A stretch of 64,000 bases of DNA, taken from positions 32,001-96,000 of the IMG/VR virus record IMGVR_UViG_3300045738_002037; one strand, 5' to 3'. Both the position numbers and the translations under genes were made by a program. The stretch's first letter is position 1. Every line of letters begins with the position of its first letter. Shown here piece after piece: positions 17,732-28,627 of this stretch. The notes beneath the pieces are model-generated. The model was not told the origin of the DNA, ran no database searches, and worked only from the letters and a program-made list of their open reading frames with translations. This stretch comes from a virus.

Positions 17732-20700
17732 TTAGGGGGCAGTATTAGCTAAGTTTTGCCCTATTATAAACCCATCAAATTTTGTTGCTGTCCTACAAAT
17801 AAATCCATAAACATCAGCCACATCTGTATCCGCAGTCGCTACTGGAGTAATGCCTCCAGCCCAATTAACTACCGCAGCGGCGGGGCTAGTGCCTGTGCCT
17901 GAAGTTACAGTCCAAGCAACAGTCCTTTCTTCAGAATCATCATTTTGAATTCTCACAATAATCCTTTGTCCAACGGTAACATTATGGAATATAACCGCAT
18001 CAATGTCGTCGTCTTCTAAAGTGACTTCATGGTAATTTCCTGTAGCCCAATCTATTGTTATATCTGTATCATCTTCCGATATCGTTCCAGAACCAACGGA
18101 ACCAATTATGGCCTTGCTAAAGATGACCCCGCCGTCAGCATCAATAGCAATGGCATCAGTGTCAGAAGCAGATCCAATATTCCCTCCGTCAGAAATGACC
18201 ACACTAGCCAGAGTTCCTACTGATGTAATATTAGGCTGGGCGGCAGTCGTAACCGTAGCCGCCGTTCCAGTGGTATTTTGATTTAACGTTGCTACCCTGG
18301 CAGCAGCAACAGTGCCAGAAGATATATTGGAGCCATTCAAACTGGCCAAGCTGGCACCGCTTCCTGAAAATATTGTTGCCGCTAAAATTCCCGTGCTAGA
18401 ATTGAAAGTTAAATTACTTCCAGTTTTTGGTTCTTGATCGCCAGTCGCAGTGGTAACAAAGAGCGGAAAACATGTCGTATCGGAAGATTCATCGGCCACA
18501 GTGATATCCGTGGGAGTACCGCCTCCGCCACTAGCTGTAAGCTGCGAACTTGACACTGAAATTCCCGAACCCGCAATGGCAGTAAGGAAATTATCGATAC
18601 TCTCTATAATCACATCGCCGGTAGCACCGCCATCCAAAAAGACCATATGATCAGCAGTTTGTAAAACATCCCCGGCAGAAGCCAGTCCCAACAATTTTGT
18701 TGCAAGAGTGTCGATGCCAACTCTTTTTAGAGTCCCTCCATCAGAATATAAGACTTCATCGGCAGCAACTAATCCACTAGTGATCTCATCAAACCCAGAA
18801 ATACAGTCATCGTTAAGCATTGAATAGTGTACTGCATCAGCTTGAATAGTTGCTGTTCCTGTTACATTACCAGAGCCATCAAATGCCGCAGATGTCCATA
18901 CAACATCTCCAGTCATACCGATTGTTCTAGTAGCAGCCAAAGCTGTGGCAGTATCAGCATTCCCAGTCGTATCTTGATTCAATGTCGCTACTCTAGCAGC
19001 AGCGACAGTCCCCGTAGAAATGTTACTTCCATTCAGGGCGGTCAGGCTGGCCCCGCTGCCTGAGAACAGGGTGGCTGTAACTGTTCCTGTACTAGGATTA
19101 TATGTTAATCCTGTGTCAGTCTCAGCACCTTGTGAACCAGTTGCTCCATCCACAAAAACCGGATATACAGTTTCGTCAGCAGTATTGTTGGCACTTACTG
19201 TAAAATTATCAGCAGTTCCTGTCGTGTCCTGATTTAAAGTTCCAACAGTAAAATCAAGAGTATTATCGTCATCTTGATAGGCGACGGTTATACCGCTTTC
19301 AGTATTACTACCAACCATCGCGCCAACGGTGTCAGCAATATATTCACTAGAAACAGACAAAACACTATTACTAGCAGTAAGGCCAGTGCTTGATTCTGTC
19401 CCAGCAAATAATGTTGCTAAAGAAGCTATCGTAGTTAACTGTTCAGTAGAACCATCAGAATCTAAAGTCGCTAATTTATCGCCATTAGCAGGCGTTACAT
19501 CGCTAAACTCAGAAAAATCTGTTGTAATAGTTATTGTTGTAGAAGAACCACTTGTGTCAATGCCCGCACCGCCTGCAATAGTAAACCCAGCATCGCCAGA
19601 ACCAACTGACAATGCTCCGCCAGTATCGCCAGTTAAAGACACGGCGGTTATATCGCCACCACCGCCGCCGCCGCTAACTTCTTCCCAAGCTGGCGCTGAA
19701 CCAGCGCCTGTAGCAGTTAATACGTGGCCATCAGTTCCTGCTGCTAATTTAGTAAGCACGCCGCCAGAATTACGATAATAAATATCTCCCTCTGCATCGC
19801 TGCCCAGTGTTACAGTAACGCCAGCCAACACAGCCCCAGTCGATAGCGTCCCGGACGTAACAGTGCCAATCGTGGCTAAATTCGCTGCCGATGTAACAGC
19901 AGCCTGAGTAGCTCCTGTCACAGTAGCAGCAGTTCCAGTAGTATTTTGGTTCAATGTCGCCACCCTTGCGGCGGCCACTGTGCCGGAGGAAATATTGCTA
20001 CCATTTAGACTGGTTAGGCTCGCTCCGCTACCAGAAAATACTGTGGCTGTGACGGTCCCCGTGGAGGGGTTGTAGTGCAAGTCTCCATCAGACTGTATAC
20101 CGATACTCGCAGAACCGTCTAAATCGTCCACAAATGTTATTGCGTGATTGGAGTCGTCTGATTCACTATCTGAGACGATGACATTGGTAGCAATAGTAGC
20201 TGTAGCAGCATTGCCAGAAACCGACGTTTGGTCACCAGTATTGTTTCCCGAAATACTGGCGTCAGAAAGTGCTGTACTTAACTGGGCTACGGTAAACGAA
20301 CCCAAAACAGCAGCATTGCCGGTAGATGTAATATGTCCCGTTAGATCGGCATTTGTTGTTACTGTGTCAGCATTGCCGGCGACATCGCCGGTTAAATCGC
20401 CTACAAAAGACGTTGCGGTTAATGCTCCGCTGCTAGAATCAAATGCTAGATTGCTTCCAGATTTTGGTCCTAAATTTCCCGTTGCGGCAGTAACAAATAG
20501 CGGAAAACATGTCGTATCAGAAGACTCATCAGCCACAGTTACAGTAGTCGCAATAGCCGCAACACCAGTCGTATTTTGGTTAAGAGTTGGGAACGTGCAG
20601 TTTGTTAGAGTTCCAGATGCGGGTGTTCCCAATACTGGAGTAACTAAAGTAGGGCTAGTGGCAAAGACTAATGTCCCACTTCCTGTTTCGTCCGATATTA

Positions 20701-22510
20701 CTCCTGCTAGTTGCGCAGAAGTTGTAGCAGCCATAACTGACAAGTTATTAGTAGTATAAACGCCGTTTGTCACAGTATCTGCGTTACCAGTCAAGGCTCC
20801 TTCTATGTCCGCAACTAAAGTAGCTTTTGCATAACCTGCTCCAGAAATGTTTACTGTGGTAGTGGGGGCAGCCTGTAAGTCTTTAAATAGCTTAAACTTG
20901 CCAGAGTCATTGGCATCTCTAAACAATCCCGCATAAAGATCCTGACTTCCAGAGGTGTCATAGAGACCATAAAAACCTATGTCCACAGCATCGCTGCCGT
21001 TGTTGCCACTAGCTAAAATTATTAAGGGATCTTCAACACTAAGAGTGGCCGTATTAACTGTAGTGGTGTCCCCGCTAACAGTTAAATCCCCTAAAATTGT
21101 TACATCGTCTGGAAGCCCAATAGTTACTGTCCCAGCCGCTTCAACGACAGTAACCTCATTGGCCGTTCCAGAAAAAGTCATGGTTCCCCCCAAAGCAACT
21201 GGGGAGGTATTTGAACCATCGCTAACGGTAATAGAAGAATTAGCCAACATTGTGTTGCTAACAGTTCCGCTATCTGTAGTATAAACACCGTTTGTTACTG
21301 CGCCTGCTGTTAAGCTTGCCGCAGTTCCGCTTATGTTGGTTCCTACTAATGCAGAGGGAGTTCCTAGTGCTGGAGTAACCAAAGTAGGATTAGTTCCAAA
21401 GACTAATGCCCCGCTTCCTGTTTCGTCCGATATTACTCCTTTTAATTGAAGAGACGTTGTAGCAGCCATGACTGAAAGGTTGTTGCTAGTATAAACGCCG
21501 TTTGTCACTGTATCAGCGTTCCCTGTGACATCGCCAGTTACATCACCCACAAAAGATGTTGCGGTTAACGCTCCGCTACTAGAATCAAATGCTAGATTGC
21601 TACCAGATTTTGGGCCTAAATCGCCAGTCGCGGCGGTGACAAATAATGGAAAACATGCCGTGTCGGAAGATTCATCGGCCACAGTGACAGCCGTCGCAGT
21701 GCCACCGCCAACAGAAGCCCAAGCTGGATTAGCACTAGTGCCTTGCGTTTTTAAAAAATGACCATTTGTTCCAGCCCCAAGTCTCACATAATTAGTGCCA
21801 TCATAATACATGATGTCACCCTGAGCGTCTGAACCAAGAGCAATCATTGTTCCATCAACAGAGTTGGTTTGAATATTGGCCACAGCGGTTACATTGCCAG
21901 AACCGTCAAAACCTGCAGATGTCCATACAACATCTCCAGTCATACCGATTGTTCTAGTAGCAGCCAAAGCTGTGGCAGTATCAGCATTGCCGGTAAGTGA
22001 TCCTATAAAAACAACGCTAGTTATTGATGTAGCCTCAGTTACCACACCAGCATCAACGTTTATAGTTCCATCTAATACAATGGCACTACCGGCTGCAGGA
22101 GTAATATTAACCGCACCAGCGGTGGTTGAAATAGTAATAGCAGCATCTCCAGCCGTTATATCATCAGCAGCAACACTGCCGCCGCCGCCGCCACTGGCCG
22201 CTATAGTTGTATCCGTAATAGTTAAATTATCACCAATCGACAACCATTTAAAAGTATCAGCGGTTTCATCCCAGAATAAAACCCTATCACCGCCAGGATC
22301 AGATAATGATTCTAAACCAAGATGACTTAATGATAATGTGTTGCCAGATGCAGACAATCCAGATCCAGCAATAATAACATCCGAAAGGGCCATCGTATGG
22401 CCCTCGAATTTTTTAGTAGTAGAATTATATTTTAATATCTGCCCACTTGTGACAGACCCGATATCCTTGGCGTCGACTATTTGTCGAACACCGACTGGTC
22501 TGATATCCAT
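17732..22510 (-). CDS. long modular tail fibre / adhesin
   Basis: G/T/S/A-rich; repeated modules (GNADTAT, ADESSDTxCFPLFVT, LNGSNISSGTVAAARVATLNQ, TSPTLVTP); terminal IDWATGN...VNWAGG...DVYGF domain. Confidence 0.88.
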   Translation of the reverse strand: MDIRPVGVRQIVDAKDIGSVTSGQILKYNSTTKKFEGHTMALSDVIIAGSGLSASGNTLSLSHLGLESLSDPGGDRVLFWDETADTFKWLSIGDNLTITDTTIAASGGGGGSVAADDITAGDAAITISTTAGAVNITPAAGSAIVLDGTINVDAGVVTEATSITSVVFIGSLTGNADTATALAATRTIGMTGDVVWTSAGFDGSGNVTAVANIQTNSVDGTMIALGSDAQGDIMYYDGTNYVRLGAGTNGHFLKTQGTSANPAWASVGGGTATAVTVADESSDTACFPLFVTAATGDLGPKSGSNLAFDSSSGALTATSFVGDVTGDVTGNADTVTNGVYTSNNLSVMAATTSLQLKGVISDETGSGALVFGTNPTLVTPALGTPSALVGTNISGTAASLTAGAVTNGVYTTDSGTVSNTMLANSSITVSDGSNTSPVALGGTMTFSGTANEVTVVEAAGTVTIGLPDDVTILGDLTVSGDTTTVNTATLSVEDPLIILASGNNGSDAVDIGFYGLYDTSGSQDLYAGLFRDANDSGKFKLFKDLQAAPTTTVNISGAGYAKATLVADIEGALTGNADTVTNGVYTTNNLSVMAATTSAQLAGVISDETGSGTLVFATSPTLVTPVLGTPASGTLTNCTFPTLNQNTTGVAAIATTVTVADESSDTTCFPLFVTAATGNLGPKSGSNLAFDSSSGALTATSFVGDLTGDVAGNADTVTTNADLTGHITSTGNAAVLGSFTVAQLSTALSDASISGNNTGDQTSVSGNAATATIATNVIVSDSESDDSNHAITFVDDLDGSASIGIQSDGDLHYNPSTGTVTATVFSGSGASLTSLNGSNISSGTVAAARVATLNQNTTGTAATVTGATQAAVTSAANLATIGTVTSGTLSTGAVLAGVTVTLGSDAEGDIYYRNSGGVLTKLAAGTDGHVLTATGAGSAPAWEEVSGGGGGGDITAVSLTGDTGGALSVGSGDAGFTIAGGAGIDTSGSSTTITITTDFSEFSDVTPANGDKLATLDSDGSTEQLTTIASLATLFAGTESSTGLTASNSVLSVSSEYIADTVGAMVGSNTESGITVAYQDDDNTLDFTVGTLNQDTTGTADNFTVSANNTADETVYPVFVDGATGSQGAETDTGLTYNPSTGTVTATLFSGSGASLTALNGSNISTGTVAAARVATLNQDTTGNADTATALAATRTIGMTGDVVWTSAAFDGSGNVTGTATIQADAVHYSMLNDDCISGFDEITSGLVAADEVLYSDGGTLKRVGIDTLATKLLGLASAGDVLQTADHMVFLDGGATGDVIIESIDNFLTAIAGSGISVSSSQLTASGGGGTPTDITVADESSDTTCFPLFVTTATGDQEPKTGSNLTFNSSTGILAATIFSGSGASLASLNGSNISSGTVAAARVATLNQNTTGTAATVTTAAQPNITSVGTLASVVISDGGNIGSASDTDAIAIDADGGVIFSKAIIGSVGSGTISEDDTDITIDWATGNYHEVTLEDDDIDAVIFHNVTVGQRIIVRIQNDDSEERTVAWTVTSGTGTSPAAAVVNWAGGITPVATADTDVADVYGFICRTATKFDGFIIGQNLANTAP

Positions 22511-22528
22511 TTGTCACTCCGCAGAACA

Positions 22529-22786
22529 TTATTCAGGCTGCTCCGAAGTTTCAGTGGCAGACACAATTGTGGATTCGGAAACAACACTGCTAGTATTTTG
22601 AGATGTTTTTTCTGCCTCTTCTATTTTAGATTTGGTCTGGAGCATATGTAATCGCGCTTGTTCAAATTGTTCAGAACTTAAAGCCGTCAACTTTATTGTG
22701 GTGGGAATAGACTCCAACACATTCCCGTCGTCATCTATCCGGATAAATTTTGTTTGCACCACAGTCTCAAGATGACCTATCATCAC
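22529..22786 (-). CDS. hypothetical protein
   Basis: 85-aa ORF with AAGGAG. Confidence 0.65.
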   Translation of the reverse strand: MMIGHLETVVQTKFIRIDDDGNVLESIPTTIKLTALSSEQFEQARLHMLQTKSKIEEAEKTSQNTSSVVSESTIVSATETSEQPE

Positions 22787-22834
22787 ATTCTCCTTTAGAA
22801 TAGATTATAATATTATATACTACATATAAATACA

Positions 22835-22868
22835 CGAAAAGCCCGGTCCATAAGGACCAGGCTTTTCG
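22835..22868 (-). terminator. rho-independent terminator
   Basis: CGAAAAGCC-GGTCC hairpin with TTTT; downstream of 22900..23310. Confidence 0.8.
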
Positions 22869-22899
22869 CTTGATCTAAAACAAGTTTAGATGTGCACGT

Positions 22900-23310
22900 T
22901 TACGCGCCAGCAACTGCCCGAACACTTGCGTGCAGGTCAGCATTAGTGGCGTGAGTAAGACCAGCAGTCGTAAGTCTGAGGAACATATCCTGCCCGATCT
23001 GAATCGGGAAGTCTAAGCTCTTACCGGACGTTCCGGCAACAGAAGCAAAGGTACGCACTGCTCGCAGGCCTACCACTCTGGGCATACCGCGTGTAGCATT
23101 AGCCCTTGCTTCACCCATGTACGGACTCATGTCTGTAGCACTTGTATCACGATTTTGATACGTGACCAAAATTTCCTCGGCAGGGACACTCACGATCAAC
23201 GGGCGCAATCGCTTAATAAGCGCGCCAACTGATTCATGACGATGTGCCTGACGAAAGCCTCGCACTTTGCGAAAAACATTAATGTCAGTATTGGCTGGTT
23301 GAGTAGCCAT
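22900..23310 (-). CDS. probable abundant virion protein (decoration-like)
   Basis: Own promoter motif, strong SD and terminator; codon usage visibly more GC-rich than its neighbours. Confidence 0.55.
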   Translation of the reverse strand: MATQPANTDINVFRKVRGFRQAHRHESVGALIKRLRPLIVSVPAEEILVTYQNRDTSATDMSPYMGEARANATRGMPRVVGLRAVRTFASVAGTSGKSLDFPIQIGQDMFLRLTTAGLTHATNADLHASVRAVAGA

Positions 23311-23340
23311 AACACATTCTCCTAAAAAAATAAACCTCTG

Positions 23341-23399
23341 AAACTAGATCTAGTTTAGCCGTAACGACTAATTTAGCCGCAACAACTAATTTATCTTTG
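23341..23399 (-). promoter_or_regulatory. CAAAGATA motif followed by two 18-bp direct repeats and a palindrome (three tandem 5'-UTR hairpins)
   Basis: TTAGTTG-TTG-CGGCTAA, TTAGTCG-TTA-CGGCTAA and AAACTAGATCTAGTTT on the minus strand. Confidence 0.65.
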
Positions 23400-23407
23400 C
23401 ACAAATA

Positions 23408-24418
<1,011 letters not shown>

Positions 24419-24425
24419 AAATCAA

Positions 24426-24791
24426 TTATTTTTGCGTTTTTAGCTGAGAGGGCAATTTATCATCTGGTATGCCCGTATATTTAAAATCTTGCAATTTATA
24501 ATTTTTATAAAACAAATTAATAAGATTTACTAAAATATCAAAATTACATGAAAATGGCTTTGTTATAACCATAGCCACAGACGATTCGGGATTGACATAA
24601 TGAACAAAATGTTCAACATTAAACAATACTTTGTCTGCCACACTTGAACTAATATCCGTGAAGATAATCATGTCGCCATTTTTAGGAGATTCGTCAAATA
24701 GTACGTCTCCCACAGTGAAACTGCATGACGGCCCGTCATCTGCATGGCCAGTAATTAAATCAATCCTGACTGGTAACGTAATCGTTATCAT
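24426..24791 (-). CDS. hypothetical protein
   Basis: 121-aa ORF with ATGA overlap. Confidence 0.6.
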   Translation of the reverse strand: MITITLPVRIDLITGHADDGPSCSFTVGDVLFDESPKNGDMIIFTDISSSVADKVLFNVEHFVHYVNPESSVAMVITKPFSCNFDILVNLINLFYKNYKLQDFKYTGIPDDKLPSQLKTQK

Positions 24792-25423
24792 TTCTTGTTT
24801 TTTACTGTTGACCTATTATCAGAATTCTCTACAGTAGACCTATTTCCAGAATTTTCCGTAGTAGATGATCTATTATCAGAATTCTCTACAGTAGACCTAT
24901 TTCCAGAATTTTCCGTAGTAGATGATCTATTATCAGAATTCTCTACAGTAGACCTATTTTCTGTTGTTGATCTGTTTCCAGAATTAACATTGCTGTCTCT
25001 AATAATAGTAATATTACTGTCCCTAATATTATAATTTACGACAGTAGTTGGCGAACTAACCGATGGCCTAGCTGTATTTCTTTGGCCCGATGTATTTCTA
25101 GCACGTTGAATATGAGCGCCGATGATATGTGATTGCATGCGCGACAATCCCATACGATAATCATACCCATAGCTAATACCACCACTATTATATGGATTGC
25201 GCCAAATTGGGTCGGGAAACATCGTAGGAACACCATATCGTTGCGCAAAATTGCGCTCTTGAAATTGATACTGCCCTATAGCACGCGCGCCTGGAATAGA
25301 ATAAATACCCCCATCCGGGCCAATATAATGCATTCTTGGGTTAAATCCGGGCGGATACTGAGCAAAAACAGTGCCAGTACACAAAAGAACAAACAGCACA
25401 GACAGCACAGACAAAATTTTCAT
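24788..25423 (-). CDS. secreted/periplasmic protein with a signal peptide and an S/N/T-rich repeat tail
   Basis: MKILSVLSVLFVLLCTGTVFA|Q signal peptide; 19-aa C-terminal repeats. Confidence 0.75.
   Translation of the reverse strand: MKILSVLSVLFVLLCTGTVFAQYPPGFNPRMHYIGPDGGIYSIPGARAIGQYQFQERNFAQRYGVPTMFPDPIWRNPYNSGGISYGYDYRMGLSRMQSHIIGAHIQRARNTSGQRNTARPSVSSPTTVVNYNIRDSNITIIRDSNVNSGNRSTTENRSTVENSDNRSSTTENSGNRSTVENSDNRSSTTENSGNRSTVENSDNRSTVKNKK
24813..24959. repeat. 57-bp tandem repeat, about 2.6 copies
   Basis: Encodes SSTTENSGNRSTVENSDNR units. Confidence 0.9.
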
Positions 25424-25511
25424 AACAATACTCCAGGGTAGAAATGGCTCTACATTAATGTGGCATTGTTATAAATACGTGTTAATATTTTTTGAAAGAC
25501 AAATCTATAAT

Positions 25512-26147
25512 ATGGAAATTGACCCTAAACAAATAGCTAAGATGATAACGGAAGATCCGGATGAATATGCGGATTTCGAAGATGCTGATGAGTTCGAAAG
25601 CGGCGATCCAGACGGATATACACATTTCCACCCGGCGACCAAAACACTTTTTGAGTTGGGCGAATGCGAAAATTGCGGCAGAGATGTACAAGAAGCAAAT
25701 TCAGTAGGATATGTCAACCCGGACGACGAAATGATGATGATGGGGTACCATGAATATGAAGGTTCGTTACCTCCAGAAATCGCATGGGACGATGCTCTTA
25801 GTAGTGCCACTTGTGGAGAGTGCGGCCATGATCCCACAAGAATATTGGGGGATTTCAAAATAGAGACAAGCAGAATTCCTCCCAGGTCGTCCTGGCTTCA
25901 TGAAGAGAAACATCAGCTACGCCTACTCCGTCCCCGTCAAGGCCCAATTATTCGGAACATACAATGGTCGCCCGCAGCAATCACTATTCAATTTCCCAGC
26001 GGGGAAATCTGGGAATATGTCATTTATGAAAATCGATGGCTGCAAGATCTTTTAAAAAGCCATCGTCGAAATGTAGGGCGTCTCGTGGCTGCTATGAAAA
26101 GAATCCCAAATATTGAAGTTCAACGCGTGTTGGATCTTGAGTCTTAA
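25512..26147 (+). CDS. putative internal head protein with an IAxMITEDPD leader and a Zn ribbon
   Basis: Start MEIDPKQIAKMITEDPD is shared with the 62274 and 62985 ORFs; CENC...CGEC. Confidence 0.65.
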   Translation: MEIDPKQIAKMITEDPDEYADFEDADEFESGDPDGYTHFHPATKTLFELGECENCGRDVQEANSVGYVNPDDEMMMMGYHEYEGSLPPEIAWDDALSSATCGECGHDPTRILGDFKIETSRIPPRSSWLHEEKHQLRLLRPRQGPIIRNIQWSPAAITIQFPSGEIWEYVIYENRWLQDLLKSHRRNVGRLVAAMKRIPNIEVQRVLDLES

Positions 26148-26152
26148 CTAAA

Positions 26153-27484
26153 TTATGTGTAAGTCTCTTCACCATATTCGTCACCATATTCGTCACCATA
26201 TTCGTCACCATATTCGTCAACTTCGAATTCTTCAGGATCTTCAATTAAGGCATTGAGCAAAGAACTCGCTTCTTCCGGATTTTCAATAACAGCAGCGACA
26301 ATCTTATGTAAATGATCGGGTTCTTGTAATGCCAAGGCGGTCACAAGGTCGGCTAAAGAAACGCCTTGAGGTTTCACCTTTAAGAATCGACGCCACAGTT
26401 CTGGCCCAACTTGAATTAAATAAGGTTCATGCCGTATGTCATCAGCATGTGAAAGAACCTGCTCAGTTTCTTCACCATTTAAGTTTCCAAGACCATGGTA
26501 ACTTAAAAGTTCAGCAACACCCTTGCTCATTTCTTGGGCCAACACTGGAAAAACCACACCACGCGCATCTATTTTATAATCATCACTATCTCCGTCTTGG
26601 TTTACATTAGCTGAACCCACAGCAGACATGCCTAGCATAGCAAACATAGCTGGAATATCAATTAGCCAATACATCTGAACCGACAACGATGAAATCCGAT
26701 TATATAAATCCAATAATTCTGGGTCTATTTTCTCTATTTCTTTATCCACCACGTGATGCATCGTCATCATAGCATGCACTGCAGATCCTTGCGTCATTGT
26801 GTTCATGGTCAAACGCTTGTTAATCTGCTTACGCATATTTTCATCGAGTTCTGGCTTCTCTTTTCCTTCTTCATCCTCTTCATTTTTTTCAACATCAGAA
26901 GTAAGACGACCTTCTAGCATCTCTTCCGGGATTCCCCAAATTTGAACTGTTATCTTTTTGGCCAACGCGATAAGTTCATCTTGGTGTTCTGATTCTTTCT
27001 GTACGATTTGGTGCATAATACGCATCATATTTGCGGGGTTGGCGTTTAGACTAGTCACTCTGTCAGTAACATGTTCCCAGGCTCCACGTGACAACTTATC
27101 GCCTAACAAAGCAAGAACCGGATGTTTGGCAAACAGATGCTCTCGATTACTGGGAAGATCCTGCCAAAAGCTTTGTATAGACGGATGCGTTTCATCTTCA
27201 TAGGCTTCGGCTAGAATTGAAACCATGATGTCATTCCCCGACTCCATACAATTCTTGGGCTGCACCTTGCGTTTTGGAACTGGGGGGTGAAAAGGATCTG
27301 GCTTAGAAGGCTTTTCTTGCGGTGGCCTAGATGGGGCTGGCGACGGATAATCCGTACGTCTAGATGGAGAAGGAGCTTCCCTTGCAGGAGCCGGTATAGC
27401 CGTAGCCTCTACATCTTCTACCTCTTGCATTTCTTTTGCAGCAAGAGCTTCATCCAGTTTTTGTTTTAAATTTTTTGATTTCAT
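26153..27484 (-). CDS. hypothetical protein, probable internal virion protein
   Basis: 443 aa; Pro-rich linker, ILAE putative cleavage site, acidic DEYG tail. Confidence 0.65.
   Translation of the reverse strand: MKSKNLKQKLDEALAAKEMQEVEDVEATAIPAPAREAPSPSRRTDYPSPAPSRPPQEKPSKPDPFHPPVPKRKVQPKNCMESGNDIMVSILAEAYEDETHPSIQSFWQDLPSNREHLFAKHPVLALLGDKLSRGAWEHVTDRVTSLNANPANMMRIMHQIVQKESEHQDELIALAKKITVQIWGIPEEMLEGRLTSDVEKNEEDEEGKEKPELDENMRKQINKRLTMNTMTQGSAVHAMMTMHHVVDKEIEKIDPELLDLYNRISSLSVQMYWLIDIPAMFAMLGMSAVGSANVNQDGDSDDYKIDARGVVFPVLAQEMSKGVAELLSYHGLGNLNGEETEQVLSHADDIRHEPYLIQVGPELWRRFLKVKPQGVSLADLVTALALQEPDHLHKIVAAVIENPEEASSLLNALIEDPEEFEVDEYGDEYGDEYGDEYGEETYT
26169..26219. repeat. perfect 12-bp tandem repeat x4 (DEYG)
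   Basis: (TCACCATATTCG)4. Confidence 0.95.
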
Positions 27485-27488
27485 TTTA

Positions 27489-28556
27489 TTAATTTAATGG
27501 GGGCCTACCTTGATAATCTCCGGGCGTGTGGTCTTTCCGCATTCTATTAATTTCAACCAGCGGCCCTTCAGGATCTGATTCAGCCCATTTTCCAAGAGCG
27601 TAGTCCAAACCAATAGAAATTATGTGCAGGCCCTCATTTGAAATACCCATCACTTGCCCGAAACCGCCCGGTTTACCTGACTCAAATTGTATAATCTGTC
27701 CAGATCGCCCGATCTTAGTCGATTTATATTCTGAAGCATCAAATTCAGGGTCTTCTTTTTGATTTTCCATAAAAACAATGTAAAGAGGGCCTTTTTTCAT
27801 ATACTGAGCAGCCTGCCACGCATAGCCTTTTGTACGATCGTACCTGTCTGCTGGCCCTTCTAATAACTTAAAATCCCTAGTTTCCCCCGCTCTAGGATGC
27901 CAATCACCATAAGTAAATTTTGACTCACTATCTGCTATGCCTTCTTGATATCCAGGTTGCCCCGGTCTATTCCTAGCAAGTTCAGTAGTACACCATTGAG
28001 TGCCTCGCCCCATATAAATCGCAGCTTCCGGTTCTGTAATCTTATAAAATTTATAACGAGTTTTATAAATATTCGGAAGCGTTATCTCAAAAACTAATTC
28101 AGCGCCCTTTTTCATATCACGAGATTCTTGTCTTTTAGTAGTAAATTCTTCCTCGCCTAATTCAAGGAATATTTTTCCTAAATTTCGCCAATCTCTTATA
28201 GGTGAATTCTTTTCCCATAGATCAATCGGTAAATTCATACTTTTCCACTGCTGCGTATTTTTATTATTATGAAAAAATTCTAATGTTCTTCTTAGTCTTT
28301 CACCGTCTTCAGGAAGCACTATTGTAGCATTTTTAAGTTGATCAACAATATATCTCAAATATTGTCCTTGCTGATCAGTGGGGTCAAACTCGACTAAAGA
28401 TTCTATGTATTTAGCAACATCATCTCTATTGTCAGCAAATTTATCCTTGTCTACCCAACGGGATTTTTTACCCATTAAGGTATCAACCTGTTTAGCCGCT
28501 TTAACATCAAGCTGCTCTAATATGATGTTCAATTTATTGATAAAATAATCTGCCAT
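27489..28556 (-). CDS. hypothetical large-phage protein with a GxGTxWCT motif (probable internal protein)
   Basis: AAIYMGRGTQWCT...GPLYIV; KLNIILE leader; CAAAAATA upstream. Confidence 0.6.
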   Translation of the reverse strand: MADYFINKLNIILEQLDVKAAKQVDTLMGKKSRWVDKDKFADNRDDVAKYIESLVEFDPTDQQGQYLRYIVDQLKNATIVLPEDGERLRRTLEFFHNNKNTQQWKSMNLPIDLWEKNSPIRDWRNLGKIFLELGEEEFTTKRQESRDMKKGAELVFEITLPNIYKTRYKFYKITEPEAAIYMGRGTQWCTTELARNRPGQPGYQEGIADSESKFTYGDWHPRAGETRDFKLLEGPADRYDRTKGYAWQAAQYMKKGPLYIVFMENQKEDPEFDASEYKSTKIGRSGQIIQFESGKPGGFGQVMGISNEGLHIISIGLDYALGKWAESDPEGPLVEINRMRKDHTPGDYQGRPPLN

Positions 28557-28595
28557 TGACCTAGCCTTATAATTACAAATTATTTTTGCACCTAT

Positions 28596-28627
28596 AAAAA
28601 GACCCGGATGCCTTACACATCCGGGTC
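28596..28627 (-). terminator. rho-independent terminator
   Basis: GACCCGGATG-TGTAAGG-CATCCGGGTC-TTTTT. Confidence 0.92.

Noticed and set aside
19329-22601. Long plus-strand ORFs opposite the tail fibre (also 57822..58386 and 24795..25034)
   Set aside because: Antisense shadows of biased or repetitive coding sequence, without RBS or recognisable motifs.
25371-25511. N-terminal extension of the 25371..26147 ORF given in the track
   Set aside because: It overlaps the divergent gene; the shared leader motif indicates the start is ATG 25512.
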